The notes under the pieces were generated by a model that did no database searches, was not told where the DNA came from, and was given only the letters and a program-made list of their open reading frames with translations. 64,000 nucleotides of DNA from Microthyrium microscopicum (lineage: Eukaryota): positions 1,375,530 to 1,439,529 of the forward strand of contig MU004238.1 of NCBI GenBank assembly GCA_010405405.1, in the 5' to 3' direction. Both the position numbers and the translations under genes were made by a program. Every line of letters begins with the position of its first letter. Positions within the stretch are counted from its first letter, which is position 1. Below, piece by piece: positions 49,662-61,200 of the stretch.

Positions 49662-50876
49662 TTGCTCAGAAATCGCCCCGAAAAACACAAAGAAATCCTC
49701 AAAAGACATTGCCAAGGACCCAGGACACGGATCATCGCGGTTATGGACTTTGGAAACAGCGCCAACTTCTTGATGGCCAGCGACACACCTGAGCTGATTG
49801 GCGCGGTTGACCTCCTATCTAGAATGGAGTGGTATCCCAATGATGGCTTCAGTCACAACCTTCCTGACTCAACATCTTCGGACTTAACATCTCCCATATC
49901 AACAGCTTTCGACTCGACAGCTTCCAACTCAACATATCCCTGCCAAAAGCCTGAAGTTTGCCCATTTCGAAATCCCAAGTTTCTAGGTAGAGGGGCCCAA
50001 GCAGTAATATGGGACGTCGATAGCGAAGATGGCTCTTTCGCTCTGAAACTCGGCAATCCAGAAAACCGCTTGGATGATCAAAACTACGAAATCCATGCAC
50101 TAGCCATGCTAAACGAAGCCTTAAAAGATCATCCCGCATACAACCACATTCCACGTTACTATGGTTGGGTGCATAAACAAGTCGATATAGCTGATGGTTT
50201 AAGAGGCCCATACGTAGGCTACGTTACCGAAAAGCTCGATGGCAACGTAGGTGACTACGTGGAAGCCCTGAGTAAGTCATTCTTTTCATTTGAGGAAAAA
50301 GAGTTGATACTCTGGAGCATGATGTTTCAGCTTGCCGTGGTCTTGGATGCGATTCACCATGGCCCTGACATCGAAGATTGGAAACCACTAAGTCACCGAG
50401 ATATCATTTCTTTGAATATCTTCTACAAAATCCTGCCGTCAACGATCTTTCCGCGCATCGTTCTGGGCGATTGGGGCGATGCCTGCTATGAGACCGAACT
50501 TCCACCATCAAATGCTATCCAGGCAAAATATGCCATTGGTATACCCGGTCATAGGGGTCCCAACCTGAAAGCCTCCAACTCGGAGCTTGATATGATCCGC
50601 TTTCGATTCTTCTTGAGACACTGGTCTCGAGAGCTAGGTTTTGTTCATGAAGACAAAAGCCCATTTAAATTTAGATCGGCTCTTGTTGACTTTGGGGACA
50701 TGCTAAGAACTAAACTTGGTGAAAATGAGCGCGGTGGCAGAGTAACTGTGAAATCGCTCCCCACCTCACGAGACGTTCTGCAATGGATAAAGCAGGTATG
50801 GAAGGAGGAAGCGCCTCATCAGTATGGCAATTCTGCAGCAGCCACAGAGCTTCAGCAGATGATACTCAGAAGATAG
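49662..50876 (+). CDS. Divergent protein kinase-like protein (5' end unresolved, possibly pseudogene)
   Basis: LGRGAQA, FALK, E helix, HRDIISLNIF and LGDWG motifs; no APE motif. Confidence 0.7.
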   Translation: MLRNRPEKHKEILKRHCQGPRTRIIAVMDFGNSANFLMASDTPELIGAVDLLSRMEWYPNDGFSHNLPDSTSSDLTSPISTAFDSTASNSTYPCQKPEVCPFRNPKFLGRGAQAVIWDVDSEDGSFALKLGNPENRLDDQNYEIHALAMLNEALKDHPAYNHIPRYYGWVHKQVDIADGLRGPYVGYVTEKLDGNVGDYVEALSKSFFSFEEKELILWSMMFQLAVVLDAIHHGPDIEDWKPLSHRDIISLNIFYKILPSTIFPRIVLGDWGDACYETELPPSNAIQAKYAIGIPGHRGPNLKASNSELDMIRFRFFLRHWSRELGFVHEDKSPFKFRSALVDFGDMLRTKLGENERGGRVTVKSLPTSRDVLQWIKQVWKEEAPHQYGNSAAATELQQMILRR

Positions 50877-51267
50877 GGAAGACCTTTTTATGAAGAATGT
50901 TTGTTGTTTCGGACTTTTTGGAGCTGCTGTAAAGATTGATACTGTGGGTCTGCAACCAATGGATAGAATAAATGGTGCGCTCCCATTAACTACGGTGTCT
51001 CCCATCGCACTTCATAACAATAAGATGCTTTAACTACCAGCGCATTCAATGAAAATCGACGTTGTTACGCTTTTAAGGGCAAATAGAGCACTCGGTTCTG
51101 GAGCGTAGCAGATGGTAGTCAGCGCACTCGATGGGAGCTCGACAGGTTGAGTTGGAATACTTTTCAATTATTAGCTCAGTTGACTATAATAGTACATGAG
51201 CTATCGAAACTCCAAACACCTTTCGTGCCCACGTTGATAAGTAGACATCACCCAGACACTTGATGAA

Positions 51268-51693
51268 TTACTTGGTGTTCGCCTTGACTTCTCCAGCAGC
51301 CTCGTTGTATGCGCCCTTTGCTTGACCCTTGAGTTCGGCAGCTTTGCCTTTGGCCTGTCCAGCTAAGTCGCTCGCTGTGCCTTTTGCTTGTCCAGCTACT
51401 TCGCTGGCGGAACCACTTGCTTCTCCAGTCTTTTGGCTTGCAGTACCAGTAGCTTGTCCAACGGTCTCCTTGACAGTGCCGGCCACAGATTCTACTCATT
51501 GATTAGCTATCGTGCTCAATGAACATCAAGGAGCTCAAAACATACCACCAGTCTCAATTCCCTTGACGGCAGCGTCAGAAACTGTTCGGTCGACGGCTTT
51601 GAGTGCATCTTTGCCCATCTCAATGGGGCCCTTTGACAGGCGCGCCGATGTGGCGAAGAGGCGGGTTTGACGGGCGATTGCTGTGCGGAACAT
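51268..51693 (-). CDS. LEA-like small protein with mitochondrial presequence
   Basis: MFRTAIARQTRLF...KAVDRTVSDAAVKGIETG, one intron, then 11-mer repeats such as ASEVAGQAKGT. Confidence 0.85.
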
Positions 51694-52569
51694 GATGAAG
51701 GAGGATGTGTTTTGATTGAAAAAGGTGTTGAGGATGTGATTGAGGAGATGATTTGATTTGGATGAAGAAAAGAAGTGGATTGAAAGTCCTGGAGGGTTTT
51801 GTAGCTGTCCCGCATTGTTTTGAAGATTTCATAGCATCATTGGCTCCCAGGGGGGTTCGACGTCATTGCCGTCTGTGCGCATGATGGCAATCGAGATCCT
51901 GGTCGGCATTGCCATCGGAGTTGTTACCGCTTTTCTTCACTCCATGGATATCATCATCAGAACACCGAAAGCCGCTCCTGATGATAGAAGAAATACAATC
52001 AAATAGTATGTATAAAAGACAATGACTCGGGAATTAACAATCAATACGCTGACAACCTTCAGATCAAACCTTCATACTGTGTCGAGAAACATGGCACGAT
52101 ATAATTGTCAGGCTGCACGAAGTTTAAACGACTTACATTCTCAACTAAGGTAATTCTTGAGATGTCCGAGAAGTAAGCAAAGTAGTGCAGAGCTGAATCG
52201 GGATGTATGGCTATTATGCCGTGCCAACTTGAAGGACAAAATAATGGCGCACTCCCATCAGTTCGTTGCCTCCCACATGCTGCGTTCTGTTATGGACAGT
52301 TTTGTTTCCCTATCGAATGAGAATAACGACACGTAAAGTATCGGGTACGATGGGGGATATAGCATGATCTTTATAAGGCGCAATGGTTAATGGCACACTC
52401 GCTGGGAACGTACCATGTATTTTTTCGACTGGTTGTCATGCATACAAGGCAGTTTCGACTATCAACGTCCACAGCCTCATGACTGCGCAGAAGCGACTCG
52501 CTTTAAATTGCCATCAAAGCTATCGACACATCAAACAAACAATTTCCTGAATTCACCGCAAGTCCCACG

Positions 52570-54624
52570 ATGGCAGGAAATGCATCTCGCTTGAAGCGCT
52601 GGACGCACCGTAGACTAGAGAAACGAAAGCTATACAAAAGTCTCCTAACAAATGAAACCAGATTTCTGATCATTTGTCCGGCTGACAACCTAGAGGACTC
52701 AATCAAGTGCACTCTATTCACGCGACCTCTTTGGCCCGATGTCGAGTTCTATGCTTTGTCATACGTTTGGGGGGATCCAGACGTGACTGAAGATATAGAT
52801 GTCAATGGACATGCTCTACCTGTTACTACAAACCTCGCTTCCGCGCTTCGGAATCTCAGAAAAATTTACAGTACGCATCCTGTACAGAGAGTATACTGGA
52901 TAGATGCGATTTGTAAGCTTCGCGTCCATATGCAATTAGACCTTTCTGTACTAATTGAGAAAGGCATCAACCAGAAGAGTACTGTAGAACGTAACCAACA
53001 GGTGCTACGCATGCAAGATATCTACTCTTCAGCCGATCGCGTACTTTCTTGGCTGGGAGACCACCCTTCACTTGTCAGCGGACTCCGGGCGCTTGAAATG
53101 TTCGTTAATATCATGAGGCACCTCCCATCTCGCAGCGGCGCAGGGGCATGGCGGCCAAGTATCTTTACCCACAGCACTGATTTCGACCTGATACTCGGCA
53201 AGGAATTCTGGGATCTTCGTTTGGTCTTCACCGATCCGTACTGGTCTCGAATATGGATATTTCAAGAGCGATTGAAAGCCAGAACTATGCTGTTGGTTTG
53301 TGGGCAACAAATGTTCCCTCGATCAAAACTGCCAACAGCCTACCGCAGCCTAAAATGGGTTCAACGAATATGGCCAAAATTGCAATCTTTCGCAGTTTCA
53401 GATTGCCATGGATTGGCTCTGCTCATTAGGACGATCTACAATCTTGAAATCGACCAGACGGCTTCACATGTCACGATGTTGGTGCATTGTTGGAGGATGG
53501 GATTCAGGACCACGGATCCGAGGGATATGATATATGCAATCTCTGGCGCTGGTTCTCATCATGCTGCACCCAATTACAAGAAGTCTGTTCACAAAATTTA
53601 TACAAACCACGCTAGAGCGGCCCTGAAGAATGGTAACATCGCACTTGTTTCATGCGCAGGAATCGGAAGCAGATCCAGCCGCCTAGAGGGTCTTCCCTCT
53701 TGGGTCCCAGACTGGCGACACAATGGAGACGAAAATTCTGCAGGTATGAACTTGTATTTGTCCAAGCTCACGGCATTGAGCGCAAGCATCGAATTAGATA
53801 TCAGATTCCGCAGACCAGACATTCTACTTTGGGAAGGCACAGTTTGGCAAGACATTACAGAATGCATTCCCGCTAATGATCTCTTCTATCTGAATCGTGT
53901 AGTATCTCTATATGGAACGATACTACTTCCAATTGTTGGTCAGCATCACGCATCTCGACTTTATGCTCTGGCTAATTTGATCGTGGTATTTTGCTGGGGC
54001 GACGATGGCACGGTGGCCAATCGCAAAGGGATTGAAAAACAGGACCATACCAGCAGAGCATTCATGGACATAGTCTTGTACTATACCTGGATCCTATTCA
54101 GAAGTGTCGCGCCGCTGCAGGATACAACTTTGACTACCCAGTCTTGGACCTCCAGTACACTGGCTCTATTTCGAGCTGCTGGCCAGGTGTCTGATGACTT
54201 AAATCTGGTAGATCTTCTGATCGATTTGTATTTTCGACATGGAGACATCTGCTCTGAAAGGATCGCAGCCAACCAAAAACTAGAGCAGTTGTGGAAACTT
54301 GATTCCATGATGAGCCAACTTGTCCAGCGCTCTCCCAACAGCGATGTTCTTCAGGCAATGGAGTTTTCATTGCGTTCTACCTGGACAACCTCTTCCACAT
54401 TACTAATAACAAAGCGTGGAGTACTGGGCCGTGGACCTGATCTAGTAACTGAAGGCGATGCTCTTTGCTTTCTCAAAGGCTTTCCTACTCTGTTCGTTCT
54501 AAGGAAGGAAGCATCACACTACCTGATGGTTGGTCCTTGCTACGTTACTGGGATGATGGATGGAAGATTACTGAAAAATCTGAAGAAGAAAACAACGAAA
54601 CTAAAGACTCTAGAAATCCACTGA
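52570..54624 (+). CDS. HET-domain heterokaryon incompatibility protein (HET-6-like)
   Basis: FYALSYVWG, WIDAI|CINQ, QVLRMQDIYS, YWSRIWIFQE, DPRDMIYA, LPSWVPDW and VGPCYVTGMMDG motifs. Intron 52913-52963. Confidence 0.92.
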   Translation: MAGNASRLKRWTHRRLEKRKLYKSLLTNETRFLIICPADNLEDSIKCTLFTRPLWPDVEFYALSYVWGDPDVTEDIDVNGHALPVTTNLASALRNLRKIYSTHPVQRVYWIDAICKLRVHMQLDLSVLIEKGINQKSTVERNQQVLRMQDIYSSADRVLSWLGDHPSLVSGLRALEMFVNIMRHLPSRSGAGAWRPSIFTHSTDFDLILGKEFWDLRLVFTDPYWSRIWIFQERLKARTMLLVCGQQMFPRSKLPTAYRSLKWVQRIWPKLQSFAVSDCHGLALLIRTIYNLEIDQTASHVTMLVHCWRMGFRTTDPRDMIYAISGAGSHHAAPNYKKSVHKIYTNHARAALKNGNIALVSCAGIGSRSSRLEGLPSWVPDWRHNGDENSAGMNLYLSKLTALSASIELDIRFRRPDILLWEGTVWQDITECIPANDLFYLNRVVSLYGTILLPIVGQHHASRLYALANLIVVFCWGDDGTVANRKGIEKQDHTSRAFMDIVLYYTWILFRSVAPLQDTTLTTQSWTSSTLALFRAAGQVSDDLNLVDLLIDLYFRHGDICSERIAANQKLEQLWKLDSMMSQLVQRSPNSDVLQAMEFSLRSTWTTSSTLLITKRGVLGRGPDLVTEGDALCFLKGFPTLFVLRKEASHYLMVGPCYVTGMMDGRLLKNLKKKTTKLKTLEIH

Positions 54625-54721
54625 TGTAATATATTCCCATACAGTGGAAGGTGACCTGAAAGGAGAAGGGAGAGTTTAGGACAAACTCAGGTACCTGAGC
54701 CTGAGAAGGATTTAACACGTA

Positions 54722-54943
54722 CCATAGCGTGGAGGGGGGAGTTATAGAAATCATCATATGAGGATTTTATATACAAATTTACTAATTCACCCCCTTTGCC
54801 GATTAAAGCTATGCAGACATTATTGTTACGATGATGAAAGCATAACTGAATAGAATAAAAACGATCATAACATGCTGAAGTAATTCGTTCTTGCCCGAGA
54901 TTCCCCTATGATCATTTGTATAACTCCCCCTCGCGCTCTATGG
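54722..54943. mobile_element. Short MITE (222 bp), TIR related to 26436-27068
   Basis: Left end CCATAGCGTGGAGGGGGGAGTTATAGAAATCAT; right end reverse complement CCATAGAGCGCGAGGGGGAGTTATACAAATGAT. TA on both flanks. Confidence 0.7.
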
Positions 54944-55230
54944 TATGCTAGGAGCACAAAAGACTGTCTCACATGTGCTACGATCTTATAGGAGATATAC
55001 ACCTGATTACAGTCTATGACATCTATAACCATAGTGACCACCAAGCAGAAAAATCAACAAGTGCCGATAAAGCTATATCAATTTCAACAACGAAACAGCG
55101 AGGCGGCAGCACCAACGCCCACCACAATCTATGAATCTACAACCCTGTATAGATAAACGCGAACCCATCTGAACATGTAACCTCGCGCAAATGCAACTAT
55201 CCCAAAGTCGTATCATATCATCCAATGTCA

Positions 55231-57093
55231 TTACTTTGTCTGCTGTCCAAACCTATCCCACATCATTGCCTTCTTCATAACACCTACGCTCCATACTCTT
55301 TATTCTCCTCCAACTTAAACTTGCCCTCATGCAATCCCTTCAATACCTCTAGCCCGTCTTTCGTTAACTCTGGTCTTCCAACTGGCGTCACTGCCCCTGT
55401 AAAGAAGCGCGGCTGCCAATCCTGCTCCGCTGCCTTGCGCTCTGCCGCCTTACTGCGTTGACGTTCCTCGATGATGACTTTGTGGTGCGTGGCGAGGGAG
55501 TATTGTTTGTTGAGAATGGCTTGCGTGACGTCGTTCCAGAAGCGGCGGCTTTCGTTTGGTAGTTGGTCTTCGAGCGGTGGGACGTCCTTGGCGACGGGGA
55601 AGAGAGGCGTTAAGTCGACAATGAGATGTTTCTCCTATATATTGTATTAGTATGGAGATATGGTATAGGGTATATGAGAATGAGGGGAGGATGTCAAATG
55701 GGGAACGTACGTCTGCCGCAGAGACAGGCCCGCTGCCAAGTGTATAGTATATCTTGTCCATCCAAGATCCTTCTATGCGTGCAATGACATCTTTCTCTGC
55801 AACTTCTTTGACTTTTTGGCCCTTGATGTCGTTGTCGGGGTCATATTTGAATATGACACCTTGAACTCTGCTTTTGGCGCCGCCTAGCCAGCCATCTTCA
55901 AGGTATTCTAGAATGACCTTCGTCTTTGTTTGCGGGCAAGTAACGTAACAGGTGTCTGCTACAGTTACTGACAGCGTGCCTTGAATATGGTTAGCATTTC
56001 AATACCTCGTCAATCATCAATCATAAGACAGCCTACCTCGTAACAGCCCACCAACGTGCGCTGCTGGATGTGTCAATTGATATTCCTCGTCCCACTTGCC
56101 CAAACTTATAAAAATGCCATGATTGTGATTTCCAGCAGCCACCCTCACACTAGTTCCGGTAAACTTTGCCGCAATCTGATCGTATCCGCGTGCCGACATG
56201 TCCTTTTCAGGACAGTCAATATACCATGCAGATACCGGCGGATGATGTGAAGTTTGCTCGGTAAGATATGACAGCTTGATTTTCTTGCCGCCAGTTTTTG
56301 TCGTCAAGGGAGCTGGGACTGGAGCTGACTTTGCCGACGATATTGAAGCTGCGCTGCTTCCTGGGGCACTGGCAGGATTTCTAAGTTCCGGCAGAGTATC
56401 TTCGACTTCCCAGTTACACTGTATGCCAATAAGTCAGCAATAGATCGTAAATACATCGATCAAAAGGGATCTGCCATACCCGAAAGAACTCTCCGAGCGT
56501 CGAGTTGTATGGCTTGCACGGCTTGCCCTTGACATATTTCTGTTCATCTTAGCCACAATAGCACCAGTTTACAGAGTCGCAGTCATACAAGATCTTTTGT
56601 GAACCAGAAGCGCAGCACACCAAGCATACGACCGGTCGGGTCCTCCGAATCGCCAATACTAATCTGACGTCAGCGAACTCCCATGTCTCCAAGATGCACC
56701 GGCTGCTCAAGACGCACCTAATAAACGCTTCAGGCCGATCCAGATAACCCCAATACTCTATGATGCTGTTAGCTAATGTAACCTCGTCGATACGGTGGAT
56801 CCGCAGTACCTAGATTTGGGGTCGGTTCGAGGAGATGTGCAGGCAGTGAAAAGCGAATCGATGCAAGATCTGATACGCCAATAAACCTAGAGCTCCCATC
56901 AGCTTCATTCTCCCCTCAATCATAGCTTTATCGTCGTCTAGATAACGCACTTTCGTAATATCCCCAGAAAGGTCTTGAGCTTTGATCCATCACCTGGCTC
57001 GGTCTCGACGGGTGCTGTTTCAGGACTCGTCAGCGTGCCATTTGGAGCCTTTTCAATCTTGTCCGCCTTGCTAGCGCCCTTCTCAGGTGGCAT
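55231..57093 (-). CDS. Oxysterol-binding protein (OSBP/Osh family)
   Basis: RFSLPAHLLEP, KPYNSTLGEFFR and EQTSHHPPVSAW motifs; multiple introns. Confidence 0.88.
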
Positions 57094-58295
57094 GATGAGT
57101 TATTTCGAAGTATTTGCGGTATGAAGTGGTGTTGCTGGGCGAAGCAGCGCGAATGGAGGGAGGGGTAGTAAAAGTTGTTGAAAGTTGCTTGATATGCAGG
57201 ACCAGCCGAGCTACCAGGGGCGGCGCTGCGGCGGGTTTTCGATGGGTGGACTCGGGCGTAGACAGATGCAGGTTCAGAGGACAGGCGTACTTGGCTGAGG
57301 ATTGAGACTGCAAAAGGTTGTGGAACTGGACAAAGTTTGGGTTTGGTGAAGTTGTTGTTGGAACGTGGGGGAGATGGTGGCGGCGGCTACAAGTGTCTGT
57401 GTTGGTACCAGAGTGGTGAGGTAAAGTGTGGCGCTCTATCTTTAGATGACGGATGATCTACTCCACGATTCGGAGAACGGTGATGTTGTCGACTTGGCAC
57501 CTGTTTTCAGAAGAAGATATTCCGATTGCTGCTCAGTTTGTTTGAGAAGGTTGCAAGTAGAGTAGAGCACGAGTGGAAGCAAACAGGAAGAATAGATAAC
57601 ACTTCTGGAAAGAGTTTAGACGGAAGAAGACGGTTGGCAGTTCCCAAACATAGAGTAGGGATGGATAGGGAGCACTGAGCACAGGAGCAAAAGCACCAAA
57701 AGTTACCGTAATGCAAGGCCGGATCTTGATGGAGCTCACAGCTCAGACTCTAAACTCGACAGCAAAGCACGAGGAGTCCATGTCTCAAGCTCTCCTAGAG
57801 TAACAATGAACCTGTCACAATGCATGTTCTGAACAGGGGGTTTTCACCACCAATTACATGTCATGCCTCTCGCATGCTGACAAGTTGGTGGTGCGCAAGC
57901 TGGCTCCACCATTACCGGTACATTGCTGATAACACAAGAATGGATACTTTTGGTGCCTTAAGCCAGATAGAATGATCGGAGACTGATGTTGTACTTTGGT
58001 ATTAGCAGAGCATATGCCGCCCATTTGATATTCAACCATATTAAAACCAGAGTAGTACCTCCAGTACATCCATAGAGTATCTTCAGATGTTGACTATGTA
58101 GGTACTCATAACAAGTAGTAACTATCACTATCTACTATCCATCACAGCCTATATAAAATCGTATTTCATGTCCTTCATCCCCTCGCTGAACAGTTGGTAT
58201 CTCGCTAAGAAAAAGAAGAAAAAAGTCATATGCCTACTCCCAGAAAAACGCCATACATGCCCATATCGAAAAAATCTCATACACCATCATTACAA

Positions 58296-61200
58296 TCAGC
58301 CAGTAGTTGGACGAATCTTTTTATACAAATCTGTATCAAAGAAGTTGAAGCTCGAATCATGGAAACAAAACGGCTGATCCAGCAGTCGCTGAGCCGTCGG
58401 GCGTTCTTGTGGTTGACTACAGAAACTGTCAGCTTCTCTCATCTCCAGTTGGTTAAAAGGGGCGATGACTTACATAGTAAAGCAATCAAACATAAAGCTC
58501 AACGCTTGGGGTGAAATCGTGCTCGACACATCATCCGGGATGGGCGGCGGCTCGTTGAGCTCACCGAGTTTGTAGATGGCACCAATAGCTTCCTCTTTAG
58601 CCCATGGCCGTCTGCCTGCAAACATCTCGAGGACTACACAGCCGAGCGACCAAATGTCGACTTTGGCGCTGTAGCCCACTCCTCCTGAACGGATGACTTC
58701 CGGCGCCATCCAAAAGACGGAGCCTTGCATGCTGTTCGTGCTGTCATTGCCGTAGATATTGTCCGTCTTCTTCGAGATACCGAAATCCGAGATCTTCGCA
58801 GAGCCGTCCATGTCCAGCAGGATATTGTCTGCCTTGAGATCACGATGCAGGATGCCTTCGTCATGCAGATAGGCCAGACCTTTGAGACACTGGCGTGTCA
58901 AGCTGGACACAATTTCCTCTGGGAATTTGCCATGCTTGCGGAGCACGGAGCCGATACTACCTCCAGGAATATACTCAAGGAAAATGCTGATGGAAAATTC
59001 TTTGCGTTCGCAGCCAAGATAGCTGACAATGTTGGGATGCTCGAGCGGCTCCATAAAGTCAATCTCATTGTCAAGACTGCGGACCATCTCCTTGAGTCGC
59101 TCCTTTTCTTGACCGGCGGCCTTGGGATTGACTTCGACTTGCTTGACAGCCAAGAATTCACCGGTGGCAATGTTCATGCCGAGATACACACGACCAAAGG
59201 TTCCCTTTCCAATCAACTGACCGCGAACCCACTTAAAGGTGGGTTGCCGTTGTGGCATGTGCGTTGCGCCAGAGGGTCCGGCGGTGGCTGACATCTGGGG
59301 CATTTCTTCTTGGTGGATAGTGTCGAGATTGATGATTCGGCTGCCGCGATTGGGCTTGACTTGTTCAATCTTGGCTCCGAACATCTTTGTGCTCTTGCGC
59401 CGAACGATTGCAGCATTTTGGCGGATAGTGTTGATTCTCGCAGGTAATGGAGCCTGTTGTTGCTGTACAGGTTGAGCAAGTTGGGGAATATAATTCCGTT
59501 GAACGACTTCACGAATGGATTTGGCGCGACCAAGTCCACCACCAGTTCTTTGCATCTGTCGTTGGGCAACAGAGGCAACAGAGCCAATCGTATCCTTAGC
59601 TTTGAGCGTGGACTCATCAGAACCTAGTGTATCGTTCTCGTCAACTCGGCCTAGAGGTTCGTACCCGTTGGGATTTGGCGGAGCGGAGTTACCAGCAGCC
59701 CAATTTGCTGCTTCCTGAATGACAGGTTGATCAAGGTTGATGTTGGGGAAGAATTCATCGAGATTATCGATAATGCCTTCCGCACTTGGACGAGCTGCCC
59801 AGACATCACTGGCAAAACTTCTCCTACGGTTTGCCTTTAGTTCCCAATCATCCGGATTATTTGACGAAGCAGAGGTAGCAGATCTAAGATTCTCGCCACT
59901 GAGGTCATCAGGATCAGTAGACGCGCTACGCTGTTCAGAGTGCGGCGATTGAAACTGAACTTCTTTTGGGGGTTTAATTGTAAGAACAGGAGGCTTGCCA
60001 GCTTCTGTGTCCTTACTCTTGCCTTTTGGTGGACCTCTATTGATTGGCATCGCAAACAAACCATCGTCGTCCGAATCACTTTGAGGCGACTCTGGTACAG
60101 CTGCGGCCGCCTTATACTTTGCAAAGTCAATCTTTGGTTCTTTGATGTCAAAGTTTGGCCCTACGCCACGCTTCGACTCTACTCTGGCTAGAGGCGGTGC
60201 TTGAGACGCATGCGGGCTGACGTTTTGTGTGTCTAGCTGCCGCACACGGTTAACAGCTTGTCCACCTGGCATCTGTAGAGTTAGGTTTGGCTTTCCACTG
60301 AACATGTTTTGACCGTTCATAGACAAGCCATGGATGGAACTAGCCACTTCACCAGCAGTGGTGTCTTCTGGGGAATCTTCGCGATCTGAGTTGTAGTCAG
60401 GGACCAAGAATGGAACACGGCCTTTGCTCATAGTAATAGTACCTGGACTTCCGGGGGGTGCCCCTGATGGACTGTTCTCTCCCGACCTCTTCCCGGTCTC
60501 GCCGAGCGCAGTAGCCATGGCTGACCTTCCAGACTCCACGGAAGAGTTAGATCGCTCCTTATCCAGAGGATTGCTCTCATAAATGATAAGATCAGTCTGT
60601 GAATCGCGTTTTGAGCCGCTGCCCCTCTCAGAACCAGATCTTCGTGAGGTATGACCTTTCTTGGTGAGAGAATCAGCTTTACGAAGCATTTTGGATCCAC
60701 CAGCTGGTGCTGCAGGAGGCGGTCTGTTGGGAGCAAGATCTCGACTTTTACGGTTAGGATCCGTATAAGGGGATTCGCGACGATTGTCAAAGTCAACCGT
60801 ACGGCCTGTGATGCTAGGGCTGTCTCTGGCATCAGATGGTGATGTAGACTGTAGCTTCATGCGCTTCGACTCTAGGTATGCTGATTGTTTCCGAGCAATC
60901 TCTCTACGATGCTCTTCAGCTGCCGCGTCTAGATTGACAGGGCGATCGGTATTGTAAATTTCTGCGCCGGCATCTGTATTGTCAGAAACAGGTAGGTTGT
61001 TTGAATTAGTACTTGGTAGAATGGGTGTTCCCATGACGCTCATCTTATGAGATGAGCTGGTGCCGTAGGGGGAAAGGTTCTGAGGTATAGTCGCCCACAG
61101 TTTGAGAGTGCCAGTTGCATCTGCAAGACTGCGTTTTGCATATACTAGCAGATCATCAGAGAGGGCGTCGTCATGGTCAGAGAGTAATGGAACGGTAATG

